Positions 22,855 to 28,162 of a DNA stretch of 28,162 nucleotides are shown here, in pieces. The stretch is taken from IMG/VR virus record IMGVR_UViG_3300049924_000399, positions 1 through 28,162 of that record; one strand, given 5' to 3'. Each line of letters begins with the position of its first letter. Position 1 is the first letter of the stretch. The stretch is from a virus (Duplodnaviria; Caudoviricetes). The notes under the pieces were generated by a model. It was not told the DNA's origin, searched no databases, and was given only the letters and a program-made list of their open reading frames with translations. The position numbers and the translations under genes were made by a program.

Positions 22855-24126
22855 TTATGTCTTGATGATGTAGTTGAGGACGACAGTGGGCTGCACATTC
22901 GGGTGTGCGGCTCCACTACCCGTGCCACCTATTTGCTGGCCAATTGTATCAGAAGGCGTTCCTGTGAATGCAGCTTGTGTTGTGAGGGAGTTCGATGAGA
23001 GCAGGAACCCGCCAGTGGCGGCGCCGTCAAGTCGGCTTGCAGAGGTTCGGACGGGATGGCCGTGTGCGGGGAGATGGGCGATTGTGAGAGTGTGATTTTC
23101 TCCACCGCCAACAGCACCGAGCGTTGTGCCCGTGATGCCTGAACCTGCATTGGTTAGTCTGTTGGCGGCTGCACCGCCCATATTGTCCTTACCAGCGATA
23201 GTGCGGCCACGCAGGTCAGGCAGGTTGAATGTTGTTGATCCGTCACCAACACCATACGTTGTGCCGAGGGCCGCAAAAAGTGCAGCAAAAGCCGTTCTTG
23301 AAATCGCTTGACCATCACACAAAAGCCAGCCGCTTGGTGCGGCGCTTCCTGCAAATGCAACCATTGACCCAGTTGGTGCCAATCCGCCCGAGCCGAGACC
23401 GAGGTTGCCTCTCGCTGTTTCCGCATCGGGAAGATCAGAAAGGTTGTTGGCCGCAAGCAGTCCACCCGTCCCGCCAGTGGGTATCCAAACCGTTCCACTC
23501 CACTGCTTCATGGTCACGCCAGTATGATAGAACAGCGCGCCCACCACCAGGGCATTGCCATCATTGTCAAGTGCTGGTTCACTGGCTTTGGCACCCAGAT
23601 AGCGGTCGTCAAAATTGTCATAGATCGTGGCAGCAGCAGCTGCAGCGGCTTCTGCAGCAAGGCGGCTCGCAAGGGCTGCATCCGCCGAAGCTTCAGCCTC
23701 GGCTACAGCTTCAAGAAGATCAAACGTGGGAAGGTTGTCAAGGTCGCGGCGCTGCTCTTGCAGCACCACAGCTTGCTTTGACAGTTCAAGTTCAAGGCTC
23801 AACCCGTCAACCGCACCGCCGCGCGTCACAGCCAGAGAGCGGTCGTGTTGACGAAGCCCGGTCACGCGATATTCGGTTGCCGCCGTGATCGCCACGGGGA
23901 AGGTAATGGTGAAAGGTGAATAACGTTCGGCCAGCGACGTCTTTTCCGCCGTCGCCGCATTGGGCACTTCTGCACCCGTGGCAGCATCGCGGGTTTCAAT
24001 CAGCACATCGGCATTGTCGAAAATGCCCCACTGCTCGCCAAAGGGGCCATAAGTGGTTACACCAGTGCCGATCAGCCAGTCAGTCTGGCGAATGGACTTC
24101 GGAAGCGGGTAAGGAGTGTCAGCCAT
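22855..24126 (-). CDS. Tail fibre with podovirus-type N-terminal anchor and tail-collar domain
   Basis: PTGSMVAFAG..APSGWLLCDG..SR..FAALF...GTTYG.GDGSTTFNLPDLRGR collar; C-terminal HPNVQP.VVLNYIIK. Confidence 0.85.
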   Translation of the reverse strand: MADTPYPLPKSIRQTDWLIGTGVTTYGPFGEQWGIFDNADVLIETRDAATGAEVPNAATAEKTSLAERYSPFTITFPVAITAATEYRVTGLRQHDRSLAVTRGGAVDGLSLELELSKQAVVLQEQRRDLDNLPTFDLLEAVAEAEASADAALASRLAAEAAAAAAATIYDNFDDRYLGAKASEPALDNDGNALVVGALFYHTGVTMKQWSGTVWIPTGGTGGLLAANNLSDLPDAETARGNLGLGSGGLAPTGSMVAFAGSAAPSGWLLCDGQAISRTAFAALFAALGTTYGVGDGSTTFNLPDLRGRTIAGKDNMGGAAANRLTNAGSGITGTTLGAVGGGENHTLTIAHLPAHGHPVRTSASRLDGAATGGFLLSSNSLTTQAAFTGTPSDTIGQQIGGTGSGAAHPNVQPTVVLNYIIKT

Positions 24127-24234
24127 GGCGGCAAATCTGCCACGGCTGAAAGGGCGTCAATTGCTCCTAGCATTCCCTTTTCAAGGGAATGCGGAACCAG
24201 CCGCCTAGCAATTGCGCAGCAAATGCGGAGCGGC

Positions 24235-26850
24235 CTACTGCCCCACAGCATTCCCCACATTCGGCGCGCGCCGTGGCGGAAGCTTGCGACTTGCCGGCGT
24301 CAAGGTGCCAGGCGGCAGAAAATACGGTGAACCGTCCTTTTTCGCCTTGGCAATCTTGCGTTTGAACTTTGTGTAGGCATCAGGGTCTGTGTAGTATTGC
24401 AGGTTATCCAGCACGACACGGTTGTAAGCCGCCCGTGTGGCTGGGTGGCTTGAGACGATCGGTGTCCACTTTTGCAACATTTGCCGAGCCTCAATAGCAG
24501 TGGACTTCACACCCTCATTATCTTTCCGCACTAAACCAGCAGCATCAGCAGCTATCTGGTAAACGAGGTTACCCGCATCACCGAGGAAGGCGATACTAGG
24601 GCCCGCTAAAGCCTCAATTTGAGATTGCCCAAATCTATTCTCAGTAGATTTGATGAAATCCCCAAACACACCCAAGCCACCACTTTGCAGCAAAGCCTTA
24701 GCCGCAAAAGCCGCGTCAAGCTCCTCAAGGTCTTTGCCGTCCAGCAAATTGCCAATCCAGATATAGCCGCCCGTCAAAATCGTCGCCGGAACAACGAGGT
24801 TTGCCAAATATCCCAAACCGCCCACACTCAAGCGACGGCCATTTCCCATTTCAGCCATGGTTTCTAATTGCAGCGCGGTGGCTGAAAGCCCAAAACCTTT
24901 AAAAGTCATGAAATGCTCAGCCAATTCCCCAAGTATGGTGCCACGCTGCATACTGCCAGACACAACTGCTTTCGTGTTTACCGTGCCAGTGGGCACCGAA
25001 CGCTCCGACCAGCTCGTGGTCAACTCAGCCAGCTTTTCCGCCGCTTCCCGGTGGGCCAAAGCCTTGGCTTCATCCAGCTTCACACTGTCACCCCACACCG
25101 GGTTTGCCATGTCGATATGGGTCACACTGCCGCCCCGCTTCACAATCTCGTGCGGTGTCACAAATCCATTGCGGTCAATCGCCGTGGTCCAGATGTTCCA
25201 ATGACCCTCGGTAATACCGAAACCATCAAGCGCACGGCGAAACACCGGAGCAAGATCATCAAAAGCCCTGCCCTCTTTTGCCAAGTCCGCAATATGGCCC
25301 TGCCAGGCGCGGGCCTCCACTAACTTGCGGCCCGTGGTCAAGGGCTTCAAGCCGTTGGCCATCATAGCGCGATCAGCAATCCACTTGGTCCATTCCGCCC
25401 CAAATACTGACGCGCCAGTGCGCAGGTCATCACCAACAACATGCACGTACTCATCCCAGATCACACCACTACGCACAATCTGGTCACGGCTCTCTTGTGA
25501 GGTCATTTTTATCATATTCCGCATAACCCCCATCATTGGGAGGCCAGCCGCCTTGCGAGCCAACCGCGCATATACAGGGTCTACCAGAAGCGCTTGAATA
25601 CCTGTCTTCCCCAACAAAGCAGACGAAACAATGTTTTTTATCGATCCTGTTGTTTCAGGATTAAGCGCTGCACGAACAACCACTTTTATCGGGTTGTAGG
25701 TTGGCCGCCCACCACCAGAAACAACAGACCCTGTTCCGCGCAGTGTTTGCCACAACCATTCAATATTTGAGACTGCCCAACTTCCCTCCGAACTATGACC
25801 CTCGAAAATTGGTACATCACCCGCCTTGTTGGGCTTGCCAGCGGCTTTCTGGCCAAATTCTCGCGCCACCACCTGCTTCATCCATTCCACCATGGCCGCA
25901 GGGTTTGGCCCCAACAATTCCATGGCTGCAATGTCTTTGGCCATGGTGTTGATATGGCCGAACATGGCCTGCACCACATCGCCCTTGCCAAGGTCACGGT
26001 GATAGGCCATCCAGCTGGCAGCATCCCTATACACGAAAAACCGTTGTTCACCGCGCCGCTCGGAAATGGCACCAAGGCCTTTGCGCGTCATGGTCGGCGT
26101 CAGGTGCGCCGTGCTGTCCGACACGATCTGATCATAGGCATGGTCCAATGCACGTTCCAGGGCCTCCGGTGTAATCGGCATTTGCGTCATGCTGTCGGTC
26201 ATCCGCGAGGGGTCCACAGCCTGCCGCATGCGGCCTTTCCAGCCATCACGGCCCAAGGCCTTCACCTTCAGCCGGTCGTGGCTGTGTGGCAGGCCAAAGC
26301 CTTCGAGTTTCGGCATGGCACCACCGGCCGCGTTGAAGCGCAGGCGCAAATCCTCCATCACATCAGAAATGCTTTCAGCCAGTGCCTTGGCCGTGGCATC
26401 GCCAGATTGTTCGCCGTGCAATTCTTTCACCACATCGGGCAACAGCGCCATGTTCTCACGCTTGCCCATCACGCCGGAACGGCGAAAGGCAAACATGGCG
26501 TCAGAGAGTTGCGAATGCGCAAGCGCCAAAATCGCTTCCGTGCGCCCGCGCACCGAACTGCCATTGCGAAACCCATAATGCGACAACACAGCCTTGGCTC
26601 CGCTGAAGAAATCCTTTTCTGCCATGAAGCGGGTTTTCAAATTCAGCCGTGCCGCTTCTGTCAAATCCGCCCGCCGTTGAAACTCGGCACTTTGCCGTTG
26701 CAGAAATTCCACCAGCCGCGCCTTGGCCAAAGCCGCATCACCGGCAGACGCCGCCAAGTGTTCATCAAACTGCTTCGCCAAGTCTTGCGCCTCAGTTTCG
26801 GTAATTTCTTTCTGCGCCACGGCAGAGGCAAGGCAGTCATTCAGGCTCAT
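24235..26850 (-). CDS. Large internal virion (ejection) protein
   Basis: 871 aa helical protein between another large virion gene and the tail fibre; LPHSHD and GGLGVFGDF segments typical of such proteins. Confidence 0.65.
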   Translation of the reverse strand: MSLNDCLASAVAQKEITETEAQDLAKQFDEHLAASAGDAALAKARLVEFLQRQSAEFQRRADLTEAARLNLKTRFMAEKDFFSGAKAVLSHYGFRNGSSVRGRTEAILALAHSQLSDAMFAFRRSGVMGKRENMALLPDVVKELHGEQSGDATAKALAESISDVMEDLRLRFNAAGGAMPKLEGFGLPHSHDRLKVKALGRDGWKGRMRQAVDPSRMTDSMTQMPITPEALERALDHAYDQIVSDSTAHLTPTMTRKGLGAISERRGEQRFFVYRDAASWMAYHRDLGKGDVVQAMFGHINTMAKDIAAMELLGPNPAAMVEWMKQVVAREFGQKAAGKPNKAGDVPIFEGHSSEGSWAVSNIEWLWQTLRGTGSVVSGGGRPTYNPIKVVVRAALNPETTGSIKNIVSSALLGKTGIQALLVDPVYARLARKAAGLPMMGVMRNMIKMTSQESRDQIVRSGVIWDEYVHVVGDDLRTGASVFGAEWTKWIADRAMMANGLKPLTTGRKLVEARAWQGHIADLAKEGRAFDDLAPVFRRALDGFGITEGHWNIWTTAIDRNGFVTPHEIVKRGGSVTHIDMANPVWGDSVKLDEAKALAHREAAEKLAELTTSWSERSVPTGTVNTKAVVSGSMQRGTILGELAEHFMTFKGFGLSATALQLETMAEMGNGRRLSVGGLGYLANLVVPATILTGGYIWIGNLLDGKDLEELDAAFAAKALLQSGGLGVFGDFIKSTENRFGQSQIEALAGPSIAFLGDAGNLVYQIAADAAGLVRKDNEGVKSTAIEARQMLQKWTPIVSSHPATRAAYNRVVLDNLQYYTDPDAYTKFKRKIAKAKKDGSPYFLPPGTLTPASRKLPPRRAPNVGNAVGQ

Positions 26851-26859
26851 GGGTTCATC

Positions 26860-28161
26860 CTATGCTTTGCAGGAGGCTATCAAATCGGCCAGGTCATTCA
26901 TGCGGGTGGCGGTGTCGCTCAATTCCGCATGTGTCGTTGAAATCGGGTTGCCATTGGCATCGGTGCCACCGGGCAGCGCGTCCATAATATCAAGCGTGTC
27001 ACGCCTCACCAATTCCTTGGCGGCTTTCGGGCTGGCATGATCGAGCGGCTTCACCTTGGCACCACCCGCCGCTTCCAGCTTGCGCGCCGCGGCTTCCACA
27101 GCTTCGGCCGAAGCCGGTTCTGCCAGTTTGGTTGCGCGCAATTCCGGCTGCACCAAAACTTGCGGCTGTTGCTTGGCATAGGCAATTTGCGCCGCCGCAT
27201 CGTCAACATTGTGCTTTGGTCCCGCTGCAATCTCAGCCCTCGTTTTGGCCACCTTGTTTTCAAGCTCGGCCAACACAATGCTGGCCTTGTGTTCATCGGA
27301 AGCGCCACGCACCCCTGAAAAATCCCGTTCACTCGGCATGCTGTCCAAAGCGCCATCATTGCGCAAATGCGCAATATCAGCCTCATTCATCGCCACAAAG
27401 TCTTCGAGACGGGAAAGCCGCGCCGCATTCTCAGCATCGACAAAGGTTTGAATATCGGGTGCAGAAATGGAACTTGCGTTATCAGGGATTGGCGCATCAG
27501 TTTGTTGCGTTTTGCGCAAGCCCGGTGGCACATGGGTTTCATCCACCTCATCAAGCACACGCGGCAGCGGCGCATCGGTTTCAATGGCCCGCACCGCATC
27601 AGCCAACTGCCGCTCATCCACATCAGGGCGCAACACCGCCGTGGTATCCGCATCAGTTTCTATGGCACGGGAAAGAGACGCCATATCCCCATCAGAAATT
27701 TTAACCCCCGCCGCTTGCGCAATCAGCAACGCATCGGCTTCCAAAACCTCCCCCGCCGCCATGCGGGCAAGGGCTGCATCGGTGTCAGGCGTCACCCCAC
27801 CACGGGCCTTCAGCACATGGCCAACACCCTCGGCCAAGCCGCCAAGGCCACCCCCAAAGGCAGCGGCAAGCCCAATTGATTTCCAGAAATCATCCGTCTT
27901 CAAACCGGCCTTGCGCTGATAGTCGGAAGCGGCCACCTGCATCACAGCTTCAGCGCCACCATTGATGGCACCTTCGGTCAAAGCCCGAGACATTATTTTG
28001 CCCGCCATGGTGCGGCCCAAGGAACTGGTGCCACCCACCATCAAACTCGCAGCACCCAGCGGGTCTCGTGCCATGCCTGAACCAGTGCCCAGAATTTCAG
28101 CACTCAGACTGGCAAACCACCCCAGGTCTTTTGCATTGGTCCGCGCCGCTTCGGCCCTGTC
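26860..28161 (-). CDS. Internal virion protein (5' end outside window)
   Basis: Frame is open beyond ATG 28074 to the edge; Gly/Ala-rich hydrophobic segments (AAAFGGGLGGL). Confidence 0.55.
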   Translation of the reverse strand, partial: DRAEAARTNAKDLGWFASLSAEILGTGSGMARDPLGAASLMVGGTSSLGRTMAGKIMSRALTEGAINGGAEAVMQVAASDYQRKAGLKTDDFWKSIGLAAAFGGGLGGLAEGVGHVLKARGGVTPDTDAALARMAAGEVLEADALLIAQAAGVKISDGDMASLSRAIETDADTTAVLRPDVDERQLADAVRAIETDAPLPRVLDEVDETHVPPGLRKTQQTDAPIPDNASSISAPDIQTFVDAENAARLSRLEDFVAMNEADIAHLRNDGALDSMPSERDFSGVRGASDEHKASIVLAELENKVAKTRAEIAAGPKHNVDDAAAQIAYAKQQPQVLVQPELRATKLAEPASAEAVEAAARKLEAAGGAKVKPLDHASPKAAKELVRRDTLDIMDALPGGTDANGNPISTTHAELSDTATRMNDLADLIASCKA

Positions 28162-28162
28162 C

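Overview
The whole window reads as part of one temperate, podovirus-like tailed phage of an alphaproteobacterial host (host inferred from a GapR/DUF2312 gene and the tRNA fragment style). Left to right: portal, large and small terminase (- strand); a GGTNACC-rich candidate replication origin; a c4-type antisense cassette upstream of a BRO-N antirepressor; a - strand replication operon (GapR-like protein, helicase-like NTPase, Toprim primase, HTH proteins); a cro/repressor switch whose repressor carries a 1-bp frameshift; a 3-copy 22-bp repeat with a 46-bp period; early genes with excisionase and tyrosine integrase; a second c4-type cassette with different seeds, upstream of a protein that fuses a paralogue of the integrase N-terminus to a T5orf172/GIY-YIG-like domain; a 48-bp att core equal to the 3' part of a CAT-anticodon tRNA; an anti-Shine-Dalgarno sRNA-like element; then tail fibre, lysis and internal virion genes (- strand). 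Phage genes flank the att core on both sides, so this looks like the unintegrated (attP) form. All calls come from reading motifs by eye; no database searches were run.
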